Assembly (NCBI GenBank): GCA_010909165.1
Contig: MU008172.1
Span: 434,001 to 498,000 of the forward strand
Reading direction: 5' to 3'
Source of the DNA: Anthoceros angustus
Lineage: Eukaryota; Plantae; Anthocerotophyta
DNA: 64,000 nucleotides
The notes beneath the pieces were generated by a model that saw only the letters and a list, made by a program, of their open reading frames with translations, had not been told where the DNA came from and ran no database searches. Below, in pieces: positions 25,961-38,870 of the stretch. The first letter of the stretch is position 1, and each line of letters opens with the position of its first letter. Made by a program: the position numbers and the translations under genes.

Positions 25961-27064
25961 CTCGTTTCAATAAATATGTCTCATCTTGGGTTCATATTAA
26001 AAGTCCGTCTGCGAGGTGGCTCAACTTGAAAATCACCTGAGTCGTTGCAATGAAGATCGTCGTCATTTTGAATCGTCTGTGCCTCCACAGGTGAAAACAG
26101 ATGTCGCTCAGATGTGGGGGGCATGACAGCTGCATTCACATCTATGCCAAGAGAAGCACTGAATATGATACGAGGCTCTTCTTCTTCACATCTTTGCATT
26201 CCAAGCACGCGTGGTATTCTGAACTTCCAGAACATCTGGTGGCAATACTCTTGGTGATTGCGGACTGCTATGAATGGCATCCAATATGCGCTCTTCCTGA
26301 GACATCCTTAAGAAACTAGCATGTTTTGCTAGAGGGCAGGTTTGCAGTTCCTGTTGCATACAGTCCCACAACATGACAAATATCATAAGACCAAATACGG
26401 TGGGAGGCTCGTATTTGCGTTGTTGGATGAAGGGACTTTGCCTTCATCGCTTTCATCTTCGGTCATTTTGCTACGAGCACTTTTGTCACCATCCCACCTC
26501 TGCAAACAAGTACGTTCAAAGTGTCAGAGCAATGACGATGTCATCAAAAAATTACAACACAATTGCTCAACGTTTTGACCCGTTTCCCTCCGCCACTTTC
26601 AGCACATAGATCGCGAACTTGTGCTGCAGCCTCCTCCATCGGTCTTCCTTCCTCCAAATTGTTCACAGGCCGAGACATGTCGATGCTTTGTAAGAACTCT
26701 TTCCAAATACGCAACATGTTACTGATGAATGTGGATTCAAAGAAATCGCGTGACTATAATTGTAAGGCAGGAAATCTAATCTCTCCATGAGTGTTTCCAG
26801 ATTGGGAAGATATGTGGATAGTTTGTGTTGTCATTCTCTTGGTGCCTACCGAATCCATTCAAATATGATCCGCATTCACAAGTTTGTCGACTTATTACTC
26901 ATTTAGTCTTTATAAGGATATGTTTCCGTTCACTACTATCCCGACGAATTCAGGTGTTTGAAAACGTGTCCCCTCCAATTCATGTTTCGCATGGAACAAC
27001 ACACTCTAACCAGCGCATGGCACCTTCCTATTTGTTCACCTCCTAAAGAAGGTCGTTAGTTCCC

Positions 27065-30000
27065 ATGGCGAGAAGAAAACAAGGAATGAAGCTCATGCAA
27101 AGTCAAGAGCAGCAGGCGTCGCAGGAAATAAAACCACAGTGCTCACTGCTATGCCATCTGCCCCTCTTGTTACACCGCAAGCGATTTCGCAGAGGACAGA
27201 TTCTTCCAATGGAAGTGTGCGCACGTCAACATCGAAAGCAAGCTAGGGTAATGTGGAAATGACTGGGGATGCACAATGGAATCCACCAGGAGGAAGTACT
27301 GGAGGTAATGGAACTGGATTGGGTTCGCTCCTGAATCCCTTCAACTTCCAAAAGGTGAGGCAATTGCAGGAAAGTTTGAACAAGCACTTCCTAACAGACA
27401 AGGAGTGGTATGTCACATTGGACGTGGAGCGCTAGCCGGAATACGGAACATGTGGGTGACGGTGGATGGAGTGGATGATGAAATGTTCCTCCACTTTTTG
27501 GTCACTTTACATCCTCAGTTTCATATCATTGATGAGGTAGATAGTCAAATTTGATGTTTGTGCTAAACGCAAACAAGCTGAAGTTCTGGCGTTCTAAGCG
27601 GTTTTACATTAGAAACCCTCTTCGGTTTTCCATTCGTTTAGAAGACGTAAGTGCCTGACATGCATGTTTCAAATTTTTTAGGGTTTGGGTAAGCTCAAAC
27701 TGTGATGAATGACAGGGAGGGGAGCAATTTTATCGAACACCATAGTGGTTTGTTTTTTAAGGTGTCTAATCAAACCGTGTGGAAGTCGTGCCTTGGAGTG
27801 TTGGCGAGGCAATCTACTGCTCAAGTCAAGTTTGCGCAGCCTCTAACAATCAAGGAAGGGGAAGGCATAATGGTCAAAAGCATGCAAGCTGATGTGGAAG
27901 AGGATGAGATCCCAAATCCGCCGTCATCTTTAGAGGATGAAGGCAATTAGCAAAGCTTTGGGTCATCAGCAGAAGCAAGTCTGGACGAGGCTTTAGGTCA
28001 GGGCAGCGGGGATGGGGATGAAGATGAAGATGCAAAAGAGTCTCCCCCGGCGAAGAGAAAAAAGGTGCGCTGGCATACCGGTGCACCTGAGATGAAGAAG
28101 AAGGGAATACAAACAAAATCTCCGTCCAAGATGAGGAGTAGGCAAGCTGGTAAGTCCAAGCATGCTTTCAGCCCTAGCAGGCGACCCAAAAACATGGAAG
28201 AGTTGAATCAGCTCGTTGCTGACTATTATGCAGATTTGACACCAGTGAAAAGGAAGAGAAGGGCGGATGTGGAGCAGTTTGTGGAGAAAAAGGGAAGCGA
28301 GGAAAGATATCGGTGGTTGGTGATGCCGCAATGCTTGTTGTGACGACAGATACAGAGAGACTCCAACAAAGCTATCAAGGCTGGGATAATTTACAGAGGA
28401 TCGGGAACTCTACACACAAGAAGAGGGCTCTTAGCACCACTGTAGATGTGCATGTGGAAACATTGCGGCCAGCTTCTTTTCTAACTACGGATGCTCAAAT
28501 CCAAAAAGTTGATCAGGCCTGGATGAAGTCCTTTGTGAGGCAGATGCAGGTGGGGACTATTAAGGAAGGAGTTTTTCCTCTCCTATGCATGATAGACCCT
28601 AGCGAGTGCAACAACGTGAAAGAGGTGTCTGAGAAGAGGCTGCGAGAAAATGGGTACACACTAGGAGTACTTGGGAGCAATCACTGTTATCAGGCGATGA
28701 AAACCTTATGTGAGATGCACCGAACAGAGGATAAATATCAATGGATGGAGGCACATGGTATGCGGGTTTAACAGAAGCAGAGATGAGAGTCCTAGCAATG
28801 GACCACAATGTCACTGCAGATAGGAGGAAGAAGCTCAACTTCATAGAGCAAGTGCGATATATTCATGACGAGCTTGAAATCCTGCGGCAAGCAGACCCTA
28901 CTGCCAAACAATCACTGCACTGGAAGTTTGATATGTATCGGCATCTTGGTATGGTTGACGAAGATGGAGACATTGAAGATACTGATTTTGTGCTAAAAAT
29001 GAAATGGTTGACCGCAAGACCCTCTCATTAAGGATTGCCAGGTGTGAAGAAAAACAGTGGGAAAATGTGAAAAGGTGTGAACTCCTGGAGCAAGCAAACC
29101 AGGTAGCTCCAAGCAACGTAAAGAGATCAAACGCAAAAAATGGAAGCCTATTCCGGCAGCTCTCATGGGCACCACCAGTAGCTCTAGTAGTGCTCCTCCT
29201 AAGCCAAGAGCTTTGCAGGGAAAACCATTTCGAGCATTCCAAGGAATTCCTCCAGGCGACAAAGGTGAGGATATACTGATTGCGGCAACGCAAAAGGTTA
29301 TCCAGGGGAAAATTCCATTGATGGATATTATGGAAGAGGTGACAAACAATAAGAATCTTCATCTCATCCAAGTTGAATTTATGACTCATTTGAAGTGCAC
29401 GAGTTTTGAGTCCTGCTGCGAATTATATCCTAAGCATACAATAGACAGCGAGCTGGCGAAGTTTCAGACAACATTTTCGAAAGTTGTAAGTATCATTCTT
29501 TCTTTAGTCTTCCTGTGCACGGGCCTCAATGCACGGCGCCGGTATACTGGCGCACTCTTGCGTTCATGTTCTTCTTGCTGATTTATCGCCATTGTCAATA
29601 ATAACCCATCTCTCTCATTTGGAATGCAGAAAGACATAAGTGTTATGGAGTTCCTCCCAATACAATTCCAAAATTATGTACATATGGAGCGCGGATGCGC
29701 ATGAAGGAGGCGAAGTGGGCCCCTGCTAGCCAAGATATAGACGCGGGACTCACTGCTTTCAGGGGGCCCGTGTCTAACGAGACGGTGAAGTATCAAGTCA
29801 TGAAGAAAGACGTGTTGGAGTTAAAAGCTTTCATGCCAGGGCGGCCATACACCCTCTTCTTTTGCGACTTGCCAAGAGGGCGAATGAAGCAGCATCATGA
29901 TACAGAGTTCACAGAGTCGGGTTTGAAGAATATGCTGCAACAGTTCCAAGAGGTCCCAACGTCTAATGTTTTTAGAGTCATTCTTATGAGTGGCGTGGAC

Positions 30001-30851
30001 GACCTGTCCTTGACGAGGGAGGCTCTGAAGCCACTGTGTAGGAAGGGAGCAATTTAAACTTTGGTCTGGGAAAAAACAAATATTCCCCCAAACACAGTCA
30101 TAGTGGAAACTGTGGAGTTCATCACTATCGGCAGCGGAGTACGGAGTATATTGAATGAGCTCAGGGCCTCTTTATTTGCAAAGGCAAATATAACCGATGT
30201 TCTTCTTGGAAATATCCGGCATAGGACAGTCATGAAGAAACTCATCTTCACCACTATTGACAAACAAGTGGTTTGCCCATATCAAAAGCCACAAGGATTA
30301 ATGAGCATGCTCGTAAACATGTTCAACAATGAAAAGGACTGGATGGTAGATGCTTGCGTCGGGTCCAATAGCTTTTTGGTGGCTGCCATCAAAAGAAGAG
30401 GAATGTTGTGGGCATAGAAAATGACCCCAGGTGTGCCATGTACATGCCACAGAGGGTGAACAGCCTTGAGCAGCTTCCGGATGCTGATGAGGAGACCACA
30501 ACAGAGAAGTTTACGAGAGGGGTTTCAAAATTCTGGGCAAATGAAATTTGCGCCGACAGTACCATGAGGAAGTTGCAGGTTTACAGCTTAATGGGTAAGA
30601 AGGGATAGCAGGCACAAAGAACTCAAAGAGAGAGCAGCCCCTCACATGAATTGATGGCGGTGACAGTATGGGATGAGAACGGGACTTTGCCACAGCAAAC
30701 AATAGACCTTACGTTTTCACTTATGAATGTCGAAGTCGACTATTTCGGTGAAGAGGAGGATGATGCAAATCTAGAGAATGTGACATTCGTGCGGAACTCT
30801 GTCGAAAAACAAGCGTACAAAGATACTGCGGCTGATAGTTTAGAAATATGA
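27065..30851 (+). pseudogene. ParB/Srx-like domain + beta-class N4C/N6A DNA methyltransferase-fold fusion gene, copy A (decayed, intron-containing)
   Basis: ParB-like: VDVHVETLRP...KVDQAWMKSFVRQM..G...PLLC...YTLGVLGSNHCYQAM...YAGLTEAEMRVLAMDHN (28430-28810). GT-AG intron at 29486-29629. MTase motif IV-like YTLFFCDLPRG (29866-29880), VWEK, YQKPQGLMSMLVNMFNNEKDWMVDACVGSNSF (motif X/I) and GIENDPR. Contains in-frame stops (TAG 27948; TAA ~30055, where copy B has Gln) and frameshifts. The 5' limit is tentative. Confidence 0.8.
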
Positions 30852-31606
30852 AGTAGGTGTGATACTTTCCTTTTTGTTCAAAATAGCATGATCGTAAGTG
30901 GAGAAATGCCAGTTTTGGCATGAATTGAAAGTCAGTGCGGACTCCTAAACATTCTTCTTGTTTTTGTCCTATAGTTTTATGATTTTTGTCAATTTTCATG
31001 GGAGTCTTCCCAGCATCCAAAAATTTCAAAATCAAAGTGTTTAGGGAGGGTGCGCAAAGTCTAACCTCTATAGTCTTACAGGGCTTTGTAGTCTAAGCCG
31101 TTTTTCTTTGGAAACTAAGTTACTTTAGAAAATTGGAGATCTACTGTTTTGAGGAGATATTGCGATCATGAACATACGATCATGAAAAGTGGGGTGCACA
31201 TACACTGTCTAAAAAACTCCACAATTAAGCAGCATGCGAGCGGACCAGTATTGGGATGGGGTGCCACCCTTTGAGCCCGTGGAAGACCACATGTACACTA
31301 ACCCTCTCAAGTGTCGGGATGAGCGATTTTTTGTTTTGGGTGTGTTAGTATAGCAAAGTGCTTTGAGAATCGTCTGGTAAGGCCTTTTATACGGAATGGT
31401 CCTTGGCCCTTGGTGATAATAATTTTTTCGGACCTTAGGTTTCGACCCCGGATAGGTAGGTCGGAAATAGAGTCCTTGGGTTTTGGTGATTTTTGGAATA
31501 TGAGGTGTCTATATATGCTAGGAATGCTCACAATATGCCAGCTTGGGTAGTCAAGTGGGGAGGTGGCTAGTTCCACCACGGTGGCCGAAGAACGGACGCA
31601 TGCACT

Positions 31607-33990
31607 GTGGGAGTTTACAACCCTAGTGGCGAGGCGGGGGCGCGGTCGGTCGGGCCTGGCGAGAAGGACACACCCAGCACCGCGAGGTCGCGAATTTCGA
31701 GCCGCGTGAGGCGGGGCTGCGGCAAGGCAGCAGCGCGCTGCCTGGGCCGAGTCTGTTTGCGGGGTAGGGCGCGCGTCAATCGTCAGGCGGTGGCGGAGGA
31801 AGAGCAGGGCGAAGGAGGAAAAGAGGCGCCGAGGCAAGAGGGCCCGGTGAGAGAGTGGAAGAAGCGTGCAAGGGTGGTGTTCCCTTTTTCTGACCAGCGT
31901 CTGCAGGTGGGTCGAGTTTTTTTTCTGGGGAAACAAGGAGGAAGGGAGATGGCGCCCCGAGCTGCGGCCGAAATCCCCACCACGCAGTGGCCCAACATGG
32001 ACCACTGGAAGGTGAGAGCTGGCAGCCTGGTGCAGGAGTTGGGGCTGGAATTTATGGAGAAGAAATGGTGTTACGACAGCCCAGCATTGGTGCAAGAGTG
32101 CGCCCGGCAATTGAGAACCAGGTCGCAAGAGGGCGACGCGAGGAAGAGGCCGCAAAACTGGGATTTGGGGCTCTTCGAGGCTGTATGGGAAGCATCGGAG
32201 GATGGGAGCTTGGTAATTGACCCCAGAAAGAAGACCACGAGGCTGCAGCGGCCGCTCATGAAGCACTGGGGAAGTGAGGGTGAACAATGGATGGGTGACT
32301 CGCCAACTCGTGTCTGGCACCGTGGGATTGGCCAAGTGGATTTTGTGTTTCTGAGCGAGTTGGATCATATGGCGCACTACTCGGTCTTTCTTCATGAGGT
32401 GGTTAAGGGTACACAAATCGATTGGGGAGGATGATCTTTGAAAGAGCCTGTGAAGAGAAGGCGAATTTGCTCTCCCTTCCCTCGGCCCTCCTTGATTTCA
32501 CCTTTTCTCGATTCATGTATTCGCGATTCCGTGTCTAACGGAGTTGAAGTCGGTTCCGCCTTCATAGCCGGAAACCGGCCGTGAACTCAAGGTAGAGGAG
32601 GAGGAGTGTAAGGAGGATTCCGGAAGGATTCCATAGCTGGGAATGCGCCTCCCTAGAAGATTCGGATGAAGGTGGGGAGGTTTCCAAGAAGGCGGGCGGC
32701 GTGAGCAGGGGTCGGCGAAAAGGGAAGGACACAGCAGAAGAGGAACCTGACTACACCTAGGGTCACCAGTCGAAATCGGCGGAGCGGGTGAAGGAGGAGA
32801 AAATAAAAGGGAACGACAAGTTGTTCCCCTCGGTCGGGGATGAGTCGCCGCTAGGAGAGATTGGAGCGGAGGAAGCGGTGGCAAACCAACCCCTAGAAGA
32901 AGAGGGGTTAGTTTCGCAGCCAAGTCCGCGACGGAGCTCCGGACATTTTGGCGACATTTCAACGGCCCGTCCGGTGAAGTGGAGATAGGTGACCGCACGT
33001 CGAGAATTGTTGTGGAGGGATGGGCACGAGGACAGCCCAATTCGAGAATCTGAGGCCCGACCGGCCATGGCTCGACGCAGCGATCTCCTCGACCGGTGAC
33101 CATGGCTCTCACCGGCCGAGTGTGGACAACAGGAGAAGTTGCTCAAGGAAAGTTGGAGAGCCCGAAGGCAAGAACAAGGTGGCGGAGGCCTTGAGGAGTC
33201 TGGCGGCCCTATGCAAGGCACAGGCGGCTAAGGGCCATGTCCACCCAGCAGGAGGCCTTAGTGAATCAGTCAAGGGGCGATGCTACAATTGAGGAGCTTC
33301 AAGATGAGGTCTCGCGAGTCCGAGCAGTGGAAACAATGGCGCCTGAGAAATTCAAGAAGCGGAGAGATACAAGCGAGAGAGACGGTTAGGCCGAGTCAAG
33401 AGAGAGGCGGCCAAACCAAGAAAGGCGAACGCCCGGTAGAGCCGAAGCAACCACCGTGGGAAGTAACCACCACGGTGGCTAAACCGCCACCGTCGGAAGG
33501 AGGAACCGAGGTGGGGAAGCCACCGTGAGTACCGCAGATGGGAGGCAGATCCTCGAAACCCAAAGCAGCACCGCCCAGGATTGTCCACGGAGGAGAGGGT
33601 AAGGACCTCAGATCGGAAGGCGTGTGTCTGCGGCGTGGATGAGGATGCTCATGTCCTCGCCGCATGGTGAGCGGGTGCTCACTCTAAACGTGTATGTGGT
33701 TGTTGGGACAGAGGGGCGTAAACCATCGGCTGCACATCCGCCAGGCGTTTACGATGGTTCCTTTTGGCCTACCCTCCATAAGTAGTCTTTGGAGGAGATG
33801 AGCGAGGCGAGGCCAAAGCATGGAGGGAGGAGCACGGTATGGGCATCCGGTGAGGAGGCGGGACAGCGGATGTAGAGGCCCGCAGTGGCGCACGGAAGGC
33901 GCGAGGAAACCGCAGTGCCGAGAGCGAGGTGGAGGTTTTGGGGAAAATCGCTCGGATCGGGCGTGGCGAGCGAGAGGGACCCCTATGGGT
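31607..33990 (+). mobile_element. LTR-retrotransposon-type accessory ORF (plant transposon protein-like domain + coiled coil), frameshifted, copy 1
   Basis: LGLEFMEKKW...LVQEC...W...GTQIDWGRMIFE...ISPFSIHVF resembles extra ORFs of Gypsy elements and is followed by a heptad-rich region. No gag/pol was seen. Confidence 0.45.
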
Positions 33991-35060
33991 CAGAGCTAGG
34001 CAAAGAATCATGAGTGATTTTAGGGGCCGCGACATCATAGGTCCGGGGTTTTGGGGTTAGGGGATGAGATGTTCGAGCTCGTGAGGCTGTCTGCAGCTAG
34101 ATGTATAAGAGACCCTTTGAGTGTCTCTCTTAACAGACGATTTCAGGTGTGAACTTCCGTGTATCGAATCCTCGCGCGGGGTTGATTGGAGACGTCTGGT
34201 CAACACCGAACGGGTTCGGCACATCGTTTTCTCGTCACAAGAAGACCGGGAAGATCCCTGGATGGTCGAGAGCGGAGTGGCCAAGCTCCACGTCTGGGAC
34301 AGCAATTGGTGAGGGGCGTCCGGCGCGCGCTGGAAAGGGGCAAAGGTTGCTGCGGAAAGTCGGGGTGAGATCGCCGGCGAGTGAATCGCCCAAGTACTGA
34401 CCGTGCCTCCTCTGTCTCCCTCCTAGGAAGCTGCCAATCAGAACGTGTTTAATTCTATGAGGGGGGGGTCTGTGTGGCCCGGGGTGAGGTCTATGTGGCC
34501 TGAGAAAGGGGAAGAGAGGGGGTATCCATGTGTGGGGAAAGGTTCTTGGCAGAAGGGGGTGAGCGTGCCGCTATAGGGGAGGGCGGGGAAAATGCGTGTG
34601 CGTTTTGAGAAAACGCGGAGTGATAGAAAGGGCAAAGCGAGTGGTGAGGTCAGTGAGGGTCGGCGCCAGAGCGAGACTTCGCGGTATTCGGGGTCGTGGT
34701 GCCTAATTCTCGGAAAGTTATGAGGACGGACTTCCCTGTGAGAGAATTAGAATAGGTGTGAGTCTAGGTGTGTGTGTGTGTAAGGCCATGACTCTCAGAG
34801 ACCTCGCCCGGGGAGCCGGGTGACAACCAGACAGCCGCGACGCGCGCGCGCGCCCGTGGTGGGAGCCCGCTACAGTGGTTGAATCAACCACTGCGGTGGC
34901 TGAACGCACCACTGCGGTGGCTGAGACCTCCACGGTGGCTGTTTCTGGTAGGGTAAGGATCGGTTGTGGTAGGGCTAGGACCCATAGTTTAGAACATCTT
35001 GACACAAAACCATTCCCTTGGGATCGAATCCTAGGACTATAACGACATAGAGGGTAATGT

Positions 35061-35720
35061 GGCCTCTTTATTTGCAAAGGCAAATATAACCGATGTTCTT
35101 CTTGGAAAATATCCAAGATAGATACCATGAAGAACTCATCTTCACCACTATTGACAAACAAGTGGTTTGCCCATATCAAAAGCCACAAGGATTAATGAGC
35201 ATGCTCGTAAACATGTTCAACAATGAAAAGGACTGGATGGTAGATGCTTGCTGGTCCAATAGCTTTTGGTGGCGCCATCAAAAGAAGAGAGAATGTTGTG
35301 GGCATAGAAAATGACCCTGTGTGTGTACATGCCACGAGGGTGAATGCCTTGAGGACTCGGATGTCGATGAGGAGACCACAATGAGAAGTTTACGAGGGGT
35401 TTCAAAATTGGCAAATGAAATTCTGGCCAGATCATGAGGAAGTTGGGTGTTTACAATTAATGGGTAAGAAGGGATAGCAGGCACAAAGAACTCAAAGAGA
35501 GAGCAGCCCCTCACATGAATTGATGGCGGTGACAGTATGGGATGAGAACGGGACTTTGCCACAGCAAACAATAGACCTTACGTTTTCACTTATGAATGTC
35601 GAAGTCGACTATTTCGGTGAAGAGGAGGATGATGCAAATCTAGAGAATGTGACATTCGTGCGGAACTCTGTCGAAAAACAAGCGTACAAAGATACTGCGG
35701 CTGATAGTTTAGAAATATGA
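35061..35720 (+). pseudogene. 5'-truncated duplicate of the MTase C-terminal half (copy A')
   Basis: LIFTTIDKQVVCPYQKPQGLMSMLVNMFNNEKDWMVDAC and MAVTVWDENGTLPQQ..., nearly identical to 30165-30851. Confidence 0.88.
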
Positions 35721-36499
35721 AGTAGGTGTGATACTTTCCTTTTTGTTCAAAATAGCATGATCGTAAGTGGAGAAATGCCAGTTTTGGCATGAATTGAAAG
35801 TCAGTGCGGACTCCTAAACATTCTTCTTGTTTTTGTCCTATAGTTTTATGATTTTTGTCAATTTTCATGGGAGTCTTCCCAGCATCCAAAAATTTCAAAA
35901 TCAAAGTGTTTAGGGAGGGTGCGCAAAGTCTAACCTCTATAGTCTTACAGGGCTTTGTAGCTTTTCTTTGGAAACTAAGTTACTTTAGAAAATTGGAGAT
36001 CTACTGTTTTGAGGAGATATTGCGATCATGAACATACGATCATGAAAAGTGGGGTGCACATACACTGTCTAAAAAACTCCACAATTAAGCAGCATGCGAG
36101 CGGACCAGTATTGGGATGGGGTGCCACCCTTTGAGCCCTGTGGAAGACCACATGTACACTAACCCCTCTCCGAAGTGTCGGGATGAACGATTTTTTTTTG
36201 TTTTGGGTGTGTTAGTATAGCAAAATGCTTTGAGAATCGTCTGGGTAAGGCCTTTTATACGGGAATGGTCCTTGGCCCTTGGTGATAATAATTTTTTTCG
36301 GTCCTTAGGTTTCGACCCCGGATAGGTAGGTCGGAAATAGAGTCCTTGGGTTTTGGTGATTTTTGGAATACGAGGTGTCTATATATGCTAGGAATGCTCA
36401 CAATATGCCAGCTTGGGTAGTCAAGTGGGAGGTGGCTAGTTCCACCACGGTGGCCAAGAACGGACGCATGCACTGTGGGAGTTTACAACCCTAGTGGCG

Positions 36500-38870
36500 G
36501 AGCGGGCCAACCCGGAGCGCAATCGAGAGAAGGACACACCGTGACCGCGTCTGTGATGTGACGCCGAGCGAGCCGCAGCAGCCGGGCGCGCATGCAATCG
36601 CCGGGCCGAGTCTCGCTACTGCGGCAGTGAGGGGCGCGGCCAATCGTCGAGCCGGTGGCGGCGGAGGAAGGAAACCGCAACTAAGGAGGAAAGAGGCGCC
36701 GAGGCAAGAGGGCCAAGAGGAGTGGAAGAAGCGCAAGGGTGGTGTTCCTTTTTCTCGACTGCAGGGTCGAGTTTTTTCCGGGAAACAAGGAGGAAGGGAG
36801 ATGGCGCCCAGTTGCCGAAATCCACCACGCAAAGGGCCCAACATGGACGGAAGGTGAGAGCCGCACTGCAGTGTGAGCCGGGCCCGGAATTTATGGAGAA
36901 GAAATGGTGTACCAAAGATTGGTGCAAGAGTGCGCCTGCAATTGAGAACCAGTCGCAAGAGGGCGACGCGAGGAAGAGGCCGCAAACGATTTGGGGCTCT
37001 TCGAGCAGAAGGGCGAGAAGCATCGAGGATGGGAGCTTGGTAATTGACCCCGAGAAAGAAGACCGAGCCGCAGCCGGCCCATGAAGTGGGAAGTGAGGGT
37101 GAACAATGGATGGGTGACTCGCCAACTCGTGGTTCGCACCGGTGGGATTGGCCAAGTGGATTTTGTGTTTCGCAACCAAGTTGATCATATGGCGCACTAC
37201 TCGGTCTTTCTTCATGAGGTGGTTAAGGGTACACAAATCGATTGGGAGGATGATCTTTGAAAGAGCCTGTGAAGAGAAGGCGATTTGCTCTCCCTTCCCT
37301 CGGCCCTCCTTGATTTCACCTTTCTCGATTCATGTATTCACAGATTGTGTGTCTAACTGAGTTGAAGTCGGTTCCGCCTTCATGGAAACCGGCCGTGAAC
37401 TCAAGGTAGAGGAGGAGGAGTAAGGAGGATTCCGGAAGGATTCCATAGCTGGGAATGCGCCCCTAGAAGATTCGGATGAAGGTGGGGAGGTTTCCAAGGG
37501 CAAGAAGCGAGGGCGGCGACGATCGAAGGGTCGGCGAAAAGGAAGGACACAGCAGAAGAGGAACCCACGCCTACCTAGGGTCACTGTGTCGAAATCGCAG
37601 AACGCGGGTGAAGGAGGAGAAAATAAAAGGGAACGACAAGTTGTTCCCTGTGCAGTGAGTCGCCGCCGAGAGATTGGAGGCGGAGGAAGCAAGGCTGCCA
37701 ACCCCTAGAAGAAGAGGGGTTAGTTTCGCAGCCAAGTCCGCGACGGAGCTCGGACATTTTTGGCGACATTTCACCGACCGTCCTATCAAGTGGAGATAGG
37801 TGACACCGCCATGGAATTGTTGTGGAGGGGATGGGCATGTGACAGCCCAATTCGAATCAGTTCCCCATGGCCCGACGCAGTGATCTCCTCGACTCAGCCC
37901 ATGGCTCTCACCTGGCTGAGTGTGCAGGGACAACAGGAGAAGTTGCTCAAGGAAAAGTTGGAGAGCCTGGAAGGCAAGAACAACGTGGCAGAGGAGCGCA
38001 GACGGGAGTGCGAAGTGGCCCTATGCAAGGCACAGGAGCAGCTAAGGGCCATGTCCACCCAACAGGAGGCCTTAGTGAATCAGGTCAAGGGGGCGCATGC
38101 TACAATTGAGGAGCTTCAAGATGAGGTCTCGCGAGTCCAGGAGCATGTGGAAACAATGGCGCCTCTGGAGAAATTCAAGAAGTCATGAGAGATACAAGCG
38201 AGAGAGACGGGTTAGCCAGAGTCAAGAGAGAGGCGGCCAAACCAAGAAGGCGGGCAACCAACAGGAGCCAAGCAACCACCGTGGGAAGTAACCACCATGG
38301 TGGCTAAACCGCCACCGGAAGGAGGAACCGAGGTGGGGAAGCCACCGTGAGTACCGCAGATGGGGAGGCAGATCCTCGAAACCCAAAGCAGCACCGCCCA
38401 GGATTGTCCACGGAGGAGAGGGTAAGGACCTCAGATCGGGCGACAGCGCGGCTGGATGAGGATGCTCATGTCCCCGGCCGCTCGCATGGTGAGCGGTGCT
38501 CACTCTAAACGCGTATGTCGTTGTTGGGACAGAGGGGCGTAAACCATCGGCCGCACATCTTGACCGCCACAGGCTACTGCTGGTTCCTTCGAATAGGAGC
38601 TGGCGCCTACCCTCCGCAAGTAGTGCTGGAGGAGATGAGCGAGGCGGAGGCCAGAGCATGGAGGGAGGAGCACACGGTATGGCTGTCCAGTGAGGAGGAG
38701 CGGGACAACGGATGTAGAGGCCACAGGCGCGCAACGTCCACGGGAAGGCGCGAGGAAACCGCAGGCAGCGAGAGCGAGGTGGAGGTTTTGGGGGAAAATC
38801 GCTCGGATCAGAGGCGTGGCCGGCGAGCGAGAGGGACCCCTATGGGTCAGAGCTAGGCAAAGAATCATGA
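36500..38870 (+). mobile_element. Accessory ORF copy 2 (duplicated unit)
   Basis: Collinear with 31607-33990. The coiled coil LKEKLESLEGKNNVAEERRRECEVALCKAQEQLRAMSTQQEALVNQVKGAHATIEELQDEVSRVQEH is open in this copy. Confidence 0.45.

Noticed and set aside
87-30851. Functional link between the DME demethylase and the ParB-MTase because they share a window
   Set aside because: They are about 24 kb apart with unrelated genes in between; the proximity is most simply coincidental.
34040-34062. Telomere-like GGGGTTTTGGGGTTAGGG (also ~38905)
   Set aside because: Only two to three degenerate units inside the duplicated TE segment; not an interstitial telomere array.
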